A DNA stretch of 64,000 nucleotides from Eledone cirrhosa (Eukaryota), in assembly GCA_964016885.1 (NCBI GenBank), contig OZ024743.1, positions 298,282,001 through 298,346,000 on the forward strand. Direction: 5' to 3'. Made by a program: the position numbers and the translations under genes. This document shows, piece by piece, positions 12,957 to 28,664 of this stretch (position 1 is the stretch's first letter; every line of letters begins with the position of its first letter). Under the pieces are notes generated by a model. The model was not told where the DNA came from. It ran no database searches and worked only from the letters and a program-made list of their open reading frames with translations.

Positions 12957-15743
12957 TCCGGGGAACACACAAGCCAGGTAGATTATATCCTTACCAGAAG
13001 ACGTGACAGAGTGTCTGTTGTAAACACTAAATCCCTCCCCCATGAAGAATGCACCTCCCAACATAGACTGATAATTAGCGACCTCATAGTCAGGTCGAGA
13101 CGTACTCGACAGCAGAAGAGGACTATCCTCAGGAGAAAAATATGGAAGCTAAAGGACCCCACAGCCAAAAATAAATTTCAAAACATATTACTTGATGCTT
13201 TCGACAGTAAGGAAGAACACTTAGAGTCGGACAATATAGAGGGACAGTGGGAATTTCTGAAAGCAAACCTGCTGTTGGCCACAGACGAAGTCTGTGGCTG
13301 GAGCAGGCCTGTAGGCAGGAGGAGAGTAACATGGTGGTGGAACAGTAAGGTGGAGGAGTCAATTAAGGCCAAAAAGCAGGCTTGGAAAGTATGGCGGGAT
13401 GGGGGAAGTAGAGTAGACTATCAAGTGGCCAGGAGGGAAGCTAGGAGAGAAGTGTACTTAGCAAGAAGGGAAGCTGAGGAAAGAAAGTTCAAGCATGTCC
13501 TACAACGCGATGACCAAAAACGTGAGGTGTTCAGGATTGCTAGGCAATGCGTCAAGGAAAACCGTGATATTGTCGGGGAGAAGTGTGTACTTAACGATGA
13601 TGGCATACTTGCCATCACCGACACTGATAAGAAGGCAGCTTGGAAGTGTCACTATGAAAGGCTACTAAATGAGGAGAATAAATGGGAGAAAGACAGTCTC
13701 CCCCATGTCGACCCAATAGAGGGACCAGCAGTGTTAGTCGAGGGGAGTATAATAAGTAAGGCAATCAAGGATATGAAGACAGGTAAGGCGGCTGGGCCTT
13801 CGGAAATAGTTGCTGAGATGCTGAAGGCATCTGGCACGGTGGGACACACCATGGTCACCCGCATAGTTAACCAAGTCGTACAGAATGGGGCTGTTCCGAA
13901 GGACTGGCATAGCAGCATCATCGTTAACTGTTATAAGGGTAAAGGAGACGCCCTAGATAGGAGTAACTATAGAGGCATTAAATTAATCGACCAGGTCATG
14001 AAGGTCACAGAAAAAGTAATAGCGCAACTAATCAGAGAGAGAATTGACCTAGATGAAATGCAGTTCGGGTTTGTGTCAGGCAAAAGTACCACAGACGCTC
14101 TTTTCATAGTACGACAACTACAGGAGAAGTACCTAGCTAAAGGTAAACCCCTCTACTTAGCTTTTGTCGACTTGGAGAAAGCCTTCGACAGAGTCCCCCG
14201 CTCCATTATCTGGTGGGCTCTTAGAAAACTAGGCGTTGACGAATGGCTTGTGAGGGCTATACAAGCCATGTATAAAGAAACAGTCAGCAAGGTTAGAATT
14301 AACAACGAATATAGTGAAGAGTTTAGCGTAAAAGTTGGCGTCCATCAGGGCTCTGTTCTCAGCCCCCTACTATTTATTATTGCCCTTCAGGCTATAACAG
14401 AGGAGTTCAAGACAGGCTGCCCATGGGAACTCCTATACGCAGACGACCTGACACTCATAGCGGAATCAATGGCCGAGCTAGAGAAGAAATTCCAAACATG
14501 GAAGCACGGCCTAGAGTCAAAAGGACTTAAAATTAACCTGGCTAAGACCAAAGTTCTAGTTTGTAGGAAAGAAAACAAGGCGGCGGTCCCTTCTGGGAAA
14601 TGGTCGTGCTCGGTGTGTAGGAAAGGCGTAGGTAGAAACTCCATTTTGTGTCCTAAATGCAAAGTATGGGTGCATAAAAGATGTAGTGGGATCACAGGTA
14701 AGCTAACTAAGAACATAGATTTTACATGTGGCCGGTGTTCTGGTGCAATAAGTAGCAGCAAGTGCCCACACAATACTAGCTCTTTCAATTGCGCAGAGGG
14801 TTCTATAGAAATAGTGGACAGCTTCCGTTACCTGGGCGATAAAATCAGCAGTGGGGGAGGGTGCTCTGAAAGTACTGTAGCTAGAGTCAGAACTGGTTGG
14901 AAAAAGTTCAGAGAGCTTATACCACTATTAGCTGCTAAAGGGTTCTCCCTAAAAATGAAAGGCAGGTTGTACGATGCCTGCATACGAACAGCAATGTTGC
15001 ATGGCAGTGAGACCTGGGCATTGTGTGCAGAGGATATACGCAGACTAGAGAGGAACGAAGCTTGCATGCTCCGCTGGATGTGTAACAGTAATATACGTGA
15101 ACGGCAAAGCATAAACGAACTAAGGAAAAAATTAGAGATAAGAGGGATCAGATGTTGTTTACTCGAGAGAAGGCTACGTTGGTATGGACACGTGATGCGC
15201 ATGAAAGTCGATAGCTGTATAACAAAGTGCAGGGCAATAAAGATAGACGGTAGCCACGGAATAGGCAGACCTAGAAAAACCTGGGACGAGCTGATAAACT
15301 CCGACCTCACACACTTACACCTCTCCAAGACAATGTCACTGGACCGAGACCTTTGGCGGTACTCAGTAACAGAGAAGACCCGCCTTGCCAGTAGGCATCT
15401 CTAACAAAATACACCCCGTCCCACCACCACCACCCCGTCCTATGTAAAGTTATGTTGGTGCCGCGCCATCCGGGCCGAAACAAATGAGATCGTGTAGGTG
15501 TCACGACAAAAAAACACACAGTCCACGCTGTAATGTGGCCGTGTAGGCAACACGGTAAAAACCTCCCAGACCCACACTGTAAATGTGGTTGGTGTTAGGA
15601 AGGGCATCCAACTGTAGAAAACCTGCCAGACAGTCCTATGCGAGCAAGACAATCACTCTTGCCTCAAGTGGGACGACCCCCGTCCAAACCCATGCAAGCG
15701 TGGAACACGGACGTTAAACGTTGATGATGATGATGATGATGAT
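12957..15743 (+). mobile_element. RTE-clade LINE, 5'-truncated, with open RT frame 13011-15404 (797 aa)
   Basis: End of APE (QVDYIL, SQHRL), RT ([42 protein letters not shown]), a Cys-rich insert, 3'UTR and (gat)n tail. Confidence 0.95.
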
Positions 15744-16183
15744 ACATACATATATATATACACATACATACATATATATATACACATACATATATATATA
15801 TATACACATACATATATATATATACATATATATATATACATACATATATATATATACATACATATATATATACATACATACATACATAAATAAATACATA
15901 CATATATATATAAATACATACATATATATATATATATACATACATATATATATATACATACATATATACACATACATATATACACATACATATATATATA
16001 CACATACATATATATATACACATACATATATATATATACACATACATACATATATATACATATACATACATACATATACACATATACATACATATATATA
16101 TATATATATACATACATACATATACACATATACATACATATATATATATATATACATACATATATATATACATACATATATAT

Positions 16184-16222
<39 letters not shown>

Positions 16223-16395
16223 TATATACATACATATATATATATATATATACATATATATATACATACACATACTTATATATATACATACACATATATA
16301 CATACATATATATATACATATACATACATATATACACACATACATATATATATACATACATATATATATACACACATACATATATATATACATAC

Positions 16396-16428
<33 letters not shown>

Positions 16429-16459
16429 CATATATATACATACATATATATATATATAC

Positions 16460-16522
<63 letters not shown>

Positions 16523-16537
16523 CATATATATATGTAC

Positions 16538-16586
<49 letters not shown>

Positions 16587-16664
16587 CATATATATATACA
16601 TATATATACATACATATATATATACATACATATATATATACATATATATATATATATAAGTATA

Positions 16665-16724
<60 letters not shown>

Positions 16725-16753
16725 CATACATATATACACATATATACATACAC

Positions 16754-16802
<49 letters not shown>

Positions 16803-17179
16803 CATATATATATATACATACATACATATACATACATATATACATACATATGTATATACATACATATATATATATACATATACATACATACATATACATA
16901 CATATATATATACATACATATATACATACACATATATACACACACATATATATACATCCATATATACATATATATATATACATACATATATATACATATA
17001 TATATATACATACATATATATACATATATATACATACATATATATACATATATATACATACATATATATATATACATACACATATCTATATATATCTATA
17101 TACATACACATATATATATACATACATACACATATATACATACATACACATATATATATACATACATACATATATATAT

Positions 17180-17210
<31 letters not shown>

Positions 17211-17415
17211 CATACATACATATACAAACATACATACATATATACACACATACATATATATATATATATACATACATATATATATACATAGATAAATACA
17301 TACATATATATATATATATACATAGATACATACATATACACATATATACATAGATACATACATATACACATATATACATAGATACATACATATATATACA
17401 TACATACATATATAC

Positions 17416-17454
<39 letters not shown>

Positions 17455-17742
17455 CATACATATACATACATACATATATACATACATACATATACATACA
17501 TATATATATACATAATATATACATACATACATGTATATACATACATACATATATATACATACATATATATTCATACATATATATACATACATACATATAT
17601 ATACATACATATATATTCATACATATATATATAGATACATATATATATATACATACATATATAGAAATACCTACATATATATATACATACATACATACAT
17701 ACATACATACATACGTACATACATACATACATACATATATAC

Positions 17743-17776
<34 letters not shown>

Positions 17777-17849
17777 ATACATACAGATATATATACATAA
17801 ATGCATATATATATACATGAATGCATATATATATACATACATACATATA

Positions 17850-17881
<32 letters not shown>

Positions 17882-17896
17882 CATATATATATATAC

Positions 17897-18503
17897 ATTG
17901 TGGCTGCCAACTCGTTTTCGAGTACGGCCACTACTTTATATCCATGTAGGAGAACCCCTACCGATGCGCTGAACAAGTGTGACTTTTTAGTCCAGCCAGC
18001 GACTTGAAAACTCTGGTACAAACACTACACTTGTGACAATTATTGACACATAGTGCTGGGCCCATGGTACCATGTGACGACAAGTGCAGAGAGATCTCCA
18101 GATATAAAGCAATGCCTGTGCCGTGAAGCTTTTATAGTGAGCAAAGGCACTGCACAAAGCCAGTCCCACTCTCTTAACCAAGATGATATTTACCAAAAAG
18201 AAGAACAAGTCAACATCATTGGATACCATCAGGGTTGCAGGTGTTATATCAGAGTTTTCCTTCTCCTAGAATTCTGCCTTGACAAAGGCTAAGGGGTCAT
18301 CTCTCCCGGTGATTTTTGATGGCCATTGTCAGGTCACCAGTTGGTGCTACTGGTAACATGTATCCCAGTACAACCTGTCTCATGGTCGGGTTGTTGGCGA
18401 CTAAACTGGCAACAGCACCAAGGTTTCTTGGTGAGGAGGGTGACTTTCGACATCCTGCAGGACTAAAAACAAAACCTGTCAAAGGGCAAAGGAGCTCTTA
18501 AGA
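17897..18503 (-). mobile_element. Non-autonomous RTE derivative, copy 3, with inverted 5' segment
   Basis: 17897-18330 is colinear with the other copies. 18331-18503 is the reverse complement of the segment at 24323-24477 and 27381-27546. Confidence 0.85.
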
Positions 18504-18627
18504 TATATATACATACATAAATGTATACATACATATATATATATATATATACATATATATATACATACATACATATATATATATATACATACATACATAT
18601 ATATATACATACATACATACATACAAA

Positions 18628-18936
18628 CGGACCATTGATGAGGAGTTTACAAATCCAGTATCCAAGATACACCTTTAGCTTCATACCCATCATTATTGGT
18701 GCTACGGGTTATATACCAACCCGCTTGGACCAAAGTATGACTGGACTTGGATTTGCGGACAAAAAGCGCAGCTCCCTAATTCATAGTCTACAAATGGCTG
18801 CGATAGCTGGCACCTTCAAAATTTGCAAAATATTCTTGCGATTCAAGGGATGACAATTTCTTTTCTTTTACAACCTTGCCACCAGGAAGGTAGCCGGTCA
18901 AAAAAATATACTCGAAATTAAGAGAAAGAGAAAACA
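18628..18936 (+). mobile_element. 5'-truncated copy of the R4/Dong element (last ~310 bp)
   Basis: Nearly identical to 10619-10928 ([14 protein letters not shown]...RFKG*) with the same 3' junction gagaaagagaaaaca followed by the array. Confidence 0.93.
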
Positions 18937-19331
18937 CATACATATATATATACATACATACATACATACATACATATACATACATATATATACATATACA
19001 TACATATACATACATACATACATACATACATACATACATACATACATACATACATACACACACATATACATATATATATACATACATACATATATATAAA
19101 TATACATACATATAAATATACATACATATATATAAATATACATACATACATATATACAAATATACATACATATATATATATAAATATACATACATATATA
19201 TATATAAATATACATACATACATATATATATATATATACATACATACATATATATATATATACATACATACATATATATATATATACATACATATATATA
19301 TATATATACATACATATATATATATATATAC

Positions 19332-19365
<34 letters not shown>

Positions 19366-19413
19366 ATACATACATACATATATATATATATACATACATA
19401 TATATATACATAC

Positions 19414-19446
<33 letters not shown>

Positions 19447-19487
19447 CATACATATATATATATATATACATATATACATATATATAC

Positions 19488-19526
<39 letters not shown>

Positions 19527-19549
19527 CATACATATATACATATATATAC

Positions 19550-19582
<33 letters not shown>

Positions 19583-19601
19583 CATATATACATATATATA
19601 C

Positions 19602-19700
<99 letters not shown>

Positions 19701-19985
19701 CATATATATACATATACATATATATACATATACATATATATACATATATATATATATACATATATATATACATATATATACATATATATATATATACATA
19801 TATATATACATATATATACATATATATATATATACATATATATATACATATATATACATATATATATATATACATATATATATACATATATATACATATA
19901 TATATATATACATATATATACATATACACACATATATATATACATATATATATACATATATATACATATATATATATATACATAC

Positions 19986-20016
<31 letters not shown>

Positions 20017-20027
20017 CATATATATAC

Positions 20028-20058
<31 letters not shown>

Positions 20059-20125
20059 CACATATATATATATATACATATATATACATATATATACATA
20101 TACATATATATACATATATATATAC

Positions 20126-20156
<31 letters not shown>

Positions 20157-20408
20157 CATATATATATACATACATATATATATACATACATACATATATA
20201 TATATATATACACATATATATATATATATACATACATAAATTGAAACAAAATGAAAACGAAATTTCATTTCTCACTCTTAGTATGGCACTTATGTCAGGT
20301 ATGCCTGACCGATTTAACTCACTCAATATGCAAATTAGGCTGCTCAGCCGTTAATTTTCATAAGGAAAGTATATACTTTCGAACGTTCAACTATCTGGCA
20401 GATGGGTA

Positions 20409-20453
20409 AACGGTGCTGATGATAGCTAACAAGCTTGAAACTAGTACATCGTT
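20409..20453 (+). ncRNA. Minimal type I hammerhead ribozyme (family A; host element ~20238-20575)
   Basis: aacggtg-CTGATGA-t-agct-aaca-agct-t-GAAA-c-ta-g-TA-catcgtt: 7-bp stem I, 4-bp stem II, palindromic ACTAGT stem III, GUA cleavage triplet. Confidence 0.8.
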
Positions 20454-20728
20454 CCTGTGTCAGTGTTGAACAAAAAGGTGACGTGGTTGCCTTAACACCG
20501 TATGGCATAAATTCAGGCTGTTCAGTTTGTTTACAAACGAACAAAGCGACGTTAGCGCCGCTAAACTGATACGTGCATATATGTATGTGTACCTGTATGC
20601 ATATGTATGTATATATGTATATATATATATATATATGTGCATGCTACTGTACGTCTGTATACATATATGTATGTACGTATACATGCATACTTACATATAC
20701 ATACATATATATACATATATATATATAC

Positions 20729-20783
<55 letters not shown>

Positions 20784-20806
20784 CATATATATATATACAT
20801 ATATAC

Positions 20807-20855
<49 letters not shown>

Positions 20856-20891
20856 CATATATATATATACATATATACATATATATATATG

Positions 20892-20939
<48 letters not shown>

Positions 20940-21008
20940 CATATATATATATACATACATATATATATATACATACATATATATATACATACATATATAT
21001 ATACATAC

Positions 21009-21055
<47 letters not shown>

Positions 21056-21168
21056 CATATATATATATACATATATATATATACATATATATATATACAT
21101 ATATATATATACATATATATATATACATATATATATATACATATATATATATACATATATATATATAC

Positions 21169-21257
<89 letters not shown>

Positions 21258-21358
21258 CATATATATATATATACATATATATATATACATATATATATAT
21301 ACATATATATATATACATATATATATATACATATATATATATACATATATATATATAC

Positions 21359-21423
<65 letters not shown>

Positions 21424-21568
21424 CATATATATATATACATATACATATATATACATATATACATATACATATATATACATATATCTATATATACATATAT
21501 ATATATATACATACATATATATATATATACATATATATATACATATATATATATATACATATATATAC

Positions 21569-21633
<65 letters not shown>

Positions 21634-21991
21634 CATATAGTAATAATAATAAAATTGAAGACTAAAATCCAAAGAGGGCTCGATAAGGAAAATATATATC
21701 AAATATATAAGAACCGGTTCTCCACGCTCCACATATGACTTATTATCTTCGTTTTTTCGTTCATTGCCAGAGAACGTCTCTATGCACCACCTAAGAGAAC
21801 ATTAGTCTACGACCTCTTTTATACCATAAACGTGGTTTTGTCTTTGCGCGTAATTGTTTTTCACCGCTCCTATTAATGACGTAATATTCGTTTTTCCCGT
21901 TCTTTGCCGGCGAACGTTACCACGAACCAAAGTATCGTCTTCCTGTCTTCCTCCGGTTGCAACGTTTTTTGAAATATCCAGTTCTGCGTTT

Positions 21992-22066
21992 ACAGATTGA
22001 CTTTGTTGTTTCAGAAGATCCCGTTAAGGGTGAAAGCAGCGATTCTTTGCTTAAACTTTAATCTGT
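21992..22066 (+). ncRNA. Hammerhead-like fold with variant core CAGAAGA (family B; host ~21640-22080)
   Basis: acagatt..gttt-CAGAAGA-t-ccc-gttaa-ggg-t-GAAA-gcag-cgattct-ttgc-TT-aaac..aatctgt. All three stems form, and stem I is extended across an internal loop. Confidence 0.6.
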
Positions 22067-22087
22067 TATTTTAATAAATATATATAC

Positions 22088-22134
<47 letters not shown>

Positions 22135-22271
22135 CATATATATATACATACATATACATATATATATATATACATATATATATACATACATATATATATA
22201 CATACATATATATATACATACATATATATATACATATATATATATACATATATATATATATACATATATAT

Positions 22272-22688
22272 ATTGTTATACTTTGGGAGGGTCATGTTGC
22301 CAATAAGAAACACACGCACCAGTTGCTTTCACTTCAATTTAATTTATTAAATATTTATAAATTTACAAATTTATAAATTTCTGGTTGGTTGGTTGGTTCC
22401 TCAACCAGATAGTTGTTTATATATATATAGTCATAGTTCTTTCGTCACACACTCTGTGACCTCTTCAGTGACTGGGGATTTCTTTCTTCGTTTCTGTGCC
22501 TTTCCTTTCTTCTATCCTACGCCATTTTGTTTGTGTGTGGGTTGCGTGCTCAGTTTGCGCATGCGCCACATCCGTTTCTTATTGTGTGTTTCTTATTGGC
22601 AACATGACCCTCCCAAAGTATAACAATATCGGTTTCAACACACGATTTCAGATAAAGAATCTTGCTAAACAAATTCAGAAACGAAATA
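22272..22688 (-). mobile_element. Short Penelope-pLTR/retrozyme-like element with ~45-bp inverted duplication (family C)
   Basis: 22272-22315 (attgttatactttgggagggtcatgttgccaataagaaacacac) is the reverse complement of 22584-22627. It contains a hammerhead and is flanked by TA arrays. Confidence 0.6.
22429..22473 (-). ncRNA. Minimal type I hammerhead ribozyme (family C)
   Basis: Minus strand: agtca-CTGAAGA-g-gtcaca-gagtg-tgtgac-GAAA-g-aa-c-TA-tgact. Perfect 5-bp stem I, 6-bp stem II, 2-bp stem III, CUA triplet. Confidence 0.85.
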
Positions 22689-22689
22689 C

Positions 22690-23078
<389 letters not shown>

Positions 23079-23101
23079 CATATATATACATACACATATA
23101 T

Positions 23102-23134
<33 letters not shown>

Positions 23135-23170
23135 CATACATGTATATATATACATGTATATATATACATG

Positions 23171-23220
<50 letters not shown>

Positions 23221-23262
23221 TATACATACATGTATATATACATACATGTATATATATACATG

Positions 23263-23314
<52 letters not shown>

Positions 23315-23458
23315 CATACATACATACATACACATATATATATATATATACATACATATATATATATATACATACATATATATATATATACATACATATA
23401 TATATATATACATATATACATACATATATATATATATATATACATATATACATACATA

Positions 23459-23492
<34 letters not shown>

Positions 23493-23602
23493 CATACATA
23501 TATATATATACATACATATATATATATATATATACATACATACATACATATATATATATATACATACATATATATATCTCTACATACATATATATATATA
23601 TA

Positions 23603-23636
<34 letters not shown>

Positions 23637-23746
23637 CATACATACATACATATATATATATATACATACATATATATATCTCTACATACATATATATATA
23701 TATACATACATATATATATCTCTACATACATATATATATATATACA

Positions 23747-23826
<80 letters not shown>

Positions 23827-23887
23827 CATACATACATATATATATACATACATATATACATACATATATATATACATACATATATAC

Positions 23888-24477
23888 ATGGTGGCTGCCA
23901 ACTCGTTTTCGAGTACGGCCACTACTTTATATCCATGTAGGAGAACCCCTACCGATGCGCTGAACGAGTGTGACTTTTTAGTCCAGCCAGCGACTTGAAA
24001 ACTCTGGTACAAACACTACACTTGTGACAATTATTGACACATAGTGCTGGGCCCATGGTACCATGTGATGACAAGTGCAGAGAGATCTCCAGATATAAAG
24101 CAATGCCTGTGCTGTGAAGCTTTTATAGTGAGCAAAGGCACTGCACAAAGCCAGTCCCACTCTCTTAACCAAGATGATATTTACCAAAAAGAAGAACAAG
24201 TCAACATCATTGGATACCATCAGGGTTGCAGGTGTTATATCAGAGTTTTCCTTCTCTTAGAATTCTGCCTTGACAAAGGCTAAGGGGTCATCTCTCCCAG
24301 TGATTTTGGATGGCCATTGACTCTTAAGAGCTCCTTTGCCCTTCGACAGGTTTTGTTTTTAGTCCTGCAGGATGTCCAAAGTCACCCTCCTCACCAAGAA
24401 ACCTTGGTGGGGTTGCCAGTTTAGTCGCCAACGACCCGACCATGAGACAGGTTGTACTGGGATACATGTTACCAGTA
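23888..24477 (-). mobile_element. Non-autonomous RTE derivative, copy 4 (near full length)
   Basis: Colinear with the other copies and includes the structured 5' segment. Confidence 0.85.
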
Positions 24478-24666
24478 TATACATATATACATACATATAT
24501 ATATACATACATATATATATACATACATATATATATACATATATATATATATACATACATATATATATACATATATATATATACATACATATATACATAT
24601 ATATATATATACATACATATATATATACATATATATATATACATACATATATACATATATATATAT

Positions 24667-24697
<31 letters not shown>

Positions 24698-24924
24698 CAT
24701 ACATATATATATATATACATACATACATATATATATACATACATATATACATATATATATACATACATACATACATATATATACATATATATATACATAC
24801 ATATATCTATATATACATACATATATCTATATATACATACATATATCTATATATACATACATACATATATATATATATACATACATACATATATATATAT
24901 ACATACATATATATATATATATAT

Positions 24925-24955
<31 letters not shown>

Positions 24956-24979
24956 CATACATATATATATATACATACA

Positions 24980-25049
<70 letters not shown>

Positions 25050-25050
25050 C

Positions 25051-25081
<31 letters not shown>

Positions 25082-25120
25082 CATACATATATATATATAC
25101 ATATATATATATATACATAC

Positions 25121-25151
<31 letters not shown>

Positions 25152-25190
25152 CATACATATATATATATACATATATATATATATACATAC

Positions 25191-25221
<31 letters not shown>

Positions 25222-25259
25222 CATACATATATATATATATACATACATATATATATTAC

Positions 25260-25290
<31 letters not shown>

Positions 25291-25341
25291 CAAACATATA
25301 TATATATATACAAACATATATATATACATACATATATATAT

Positions 25342-25374
<33 letters not shown>

Positions 25375-25462
25375 CATACATATATATATATACATACATA
25401 TATATATATACATACATATATATATATATATATATACATACATATATATATATACATACATA

Positions 25463-25494
<32 letters not shown>

Positions 25495-25737
25495 CATATA
25501 TATATATACATACATATATATATATACATACATACATATATATATATATACATACATATATATATATATACATACATATATACATATATATATACATACA
25601 TACATACATATATATATATATATACATATATATAGATATATATATATATACATACATACAGACACATATATATATATACATACATACAGACATATATATA
25701 TATATACATACATATATATATACATATATATACATAC

Positions 25738-25770
<33 letters not shown>

Positions 25771-25778
25771 CATACATA

Positions 25779-25840
<62 letters not shown>

Positions 25841-26140
25841 CATACATATATATATATATACATATATCTATATATACATACATATATATATATATATATA
25901 CATACATATATCTATATATACTACATACATATATATATATACATACATACATATATATATACATACATATATATATACATACATATATATATATATACAT
26001 ACATATATATATACATACATATATATATATATACATACATACATACATATATATATACATACATACATACAAATATACATACATATATATATATATATAC
26101 ATATATACATACATATATATATATATATATACATATATAC

Positions 26141-26179
<39 letters not shown>

Positions 26180-26184
26180 CATAT

Positions 26185-26227
<43 letters not shown>

Positions 26228-26356
26228 TACATACATATATATATATATATATATACATATATACATATATATACATACATATATACATACATATATATAT
26301 ATATATACATACATATATACATACATATATATATATATATATACATATATACATAC

Positions 26357-26397
<41 letters not shown>

Positions 26398-27102
26398 CAT
26401 ATATACATACATATAAATATACATACATATATATATATATATACATATACACATACGTATATATACATATACACATACATATATATATATATACATATAT
26501 ACATACATATATATATATATACATATATACATACATATATATATATATACATATATACATACATATATATATATATATACATACATATATACATATATAT
26601 ACATACATATATACATATATACATACATATATATATATATACATATATACATACATATATATATATATACATATATACATACATATATATATATATACAT
26701 ATATACATACATATATATATATATATATACATATATACATACATATATATATATATATATACATACATATATATATATATATATACATATATACATACAT
26801 ATATATATATATATACATATATACATACATATATATATATATATATACATATATACATACATATATATATATATATATACATATATACATACATATATAT
26901 ATATATACATATATACATACATATATATATATATACATATATACATACATATATATATATATACATATATACATACATATATATATATATACATATACAC
27001 ATACATACATATACATATACATACATACATACATATACATACATACATATATATATATACATACTTACATATATATATATACATACATATATATATACAT
27101 AC

Positions 27103-27135
<33 letters not shown>

Positions 27136-27155
27136 CATACATACATACATATATA

Positions 27156-27191
<36 letters not shown>

Positions 27192-27299
27192 TATATACAT
27201 ACATATACATACATACATATATATATACATACATATATATACATACACACATATACATACATACATATACACATACATACATACATATACACATACATA

Positions 27300-27550
27300 C
27301 AGAGTTTTCCTTCTCCTAAAATTCTGCCTTGACAAAAGCTCAGGGGTCATCTCTCCCGGTGATTTTGGATGGCCATTGTCTCTTAAGAGCTCCTTTGCCC
27401 TTTGACAGATTTTGTTTTTAGTCCTGCAGGACTAAACCCTCCTCACCAAGAAACCTTGGTGGGGTTGCCAGTTTAATCGCTAACGACCCGACCATGAGAC
27501 AAGTTGTACTGGCATACATGTTACCAGTAGCACCAACTGGTGACCTGACA
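27300..27550 (-). mobile_element. Non-autonomous RTE derivative, copy 5 (5' part only)
   Basis: Matches 24241-24477 and extends it. Lacks the zinc-finger and 3' half. Confidence 0.85.
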
Positions 27551-27581
27551 TACATATATACATATATATAGATTCATACAT

Positions 27582-27630
<49 letters not shown>

Positions 27631-27994
27631 AGTTGACGATGAGCATTCTAGTTGTTCAATAAACTGATTGAATAATACAAACAATGTTTTAATATACAGA
27701 TTCATTATTTGTGTATATATAATATATACAAAGCATATAAATAAATTTACAGTAGAATAACATAGCACATATGTTTTAAATGTATACATAAATAACATTA
27801 CCAATGCTTAAATAACATTATAAATTGTTCGCGATTCTTTCAGAAGGATATATTCCTTTAATGTTGCAATATTAAAGAAAATATACGTATATATATACAT
27901 ACATATATTTATTCAACTAAGGAAAGTTGGTTGATTTCATAAGAGATGACAAACACTCAACAGTATATTTTTATCCGGAGTTTTATTATAATAA

Positions 27995-28097
27995 TTGTTT
28001 CTACTTTAGCACAAGGCCAGCAATTACCCAGTGTATTACTGGTACTTTAGTTTATCGACCCCATAAGGATGAAAGGCAAAGTTAACCTCGACGGGTT
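27995..28097 (-). mobile_element. SINE fragment (family also at 59927-60105, ~61320-61540, ~63200-63300)
   Basis: Shared caaggccagcaatt..ccagtg.attactggtacttta.tttatcgaccc.taaggatgaaaggcaaagttaacctcg. Confidence 0.7.
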
Positions 28098-28136
28098 ATA
28101 ATAATAAACAAGAAAGACGGTATCATTTGCCCATTT

Positions 28137-28268
28137 CATTTGTATAACATCTGCCCTACGTGTTCTCATATCAACGGATATCAACGAATATCTCATATCA
28201 ACGGATATTTACATCTTGCATGGATTTTTGTCGGAAGAAAACACGTAGGGTAGATATTATACAAATGA
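28137..28268. repeat. Small inverted-repeat (MITE-like) element
   Basis: catttgtataacatctgccctacgtgtt pairs with aacacgtagggtagatattatacaaatg. There is an internal tandem tctcatatcaacggatat. Confidence 0.65.
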
Positions 28269-28518
28269 CATATGTCTTCGAAATAAGCATAATAAAATAA
28301 ATATTATATATACACACACACATATATATATACATAGTAATAATAATAATATTTATACTTATATATGATTATAAATATGGATGGTAGTAGAAAAGGGTCA
28401 ATGTAAATTTTCAAATGTATTACAGAGCCCAGATACAAAATATAAAACAATAAAATCTTAATTTAATACATTTAATTGCTGATAATTTTCTTTTTACATA
28501 TACATATTTATAAAACCA

Positions 28519-28567
28519 TATTTATTTTATACATATTTCAAAGGCCACCGCTTTCATCAGATAAATA
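28519..28567 (-). ncRNA. Degenerate hammerhead (family D)
   Basis: Minus strand: tatttat-CTGATGA-aagcggtggccttt-GAAA-tatgta-TA-aa-ataaata. Flanks are homologous to 34423-34505. Confidence 0.55.
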
Positions 28568-28664
28568 CAATATACATACATACACACATATATATATGTA
28601 TGTATGAAACTTAATTATTCGTGTAATCCGACTCCTGTAACGTTTTTAATAATTATTTGATATT

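Noticed and set aside
24285-24477. HDV-like ribozyme in the RTE-derivative 5'UTR
   Set aside because: gggtcgt/atgaccc can pair, but I could not place P1.1, P3/L3 or the catalytic C; needs a descriptor search.
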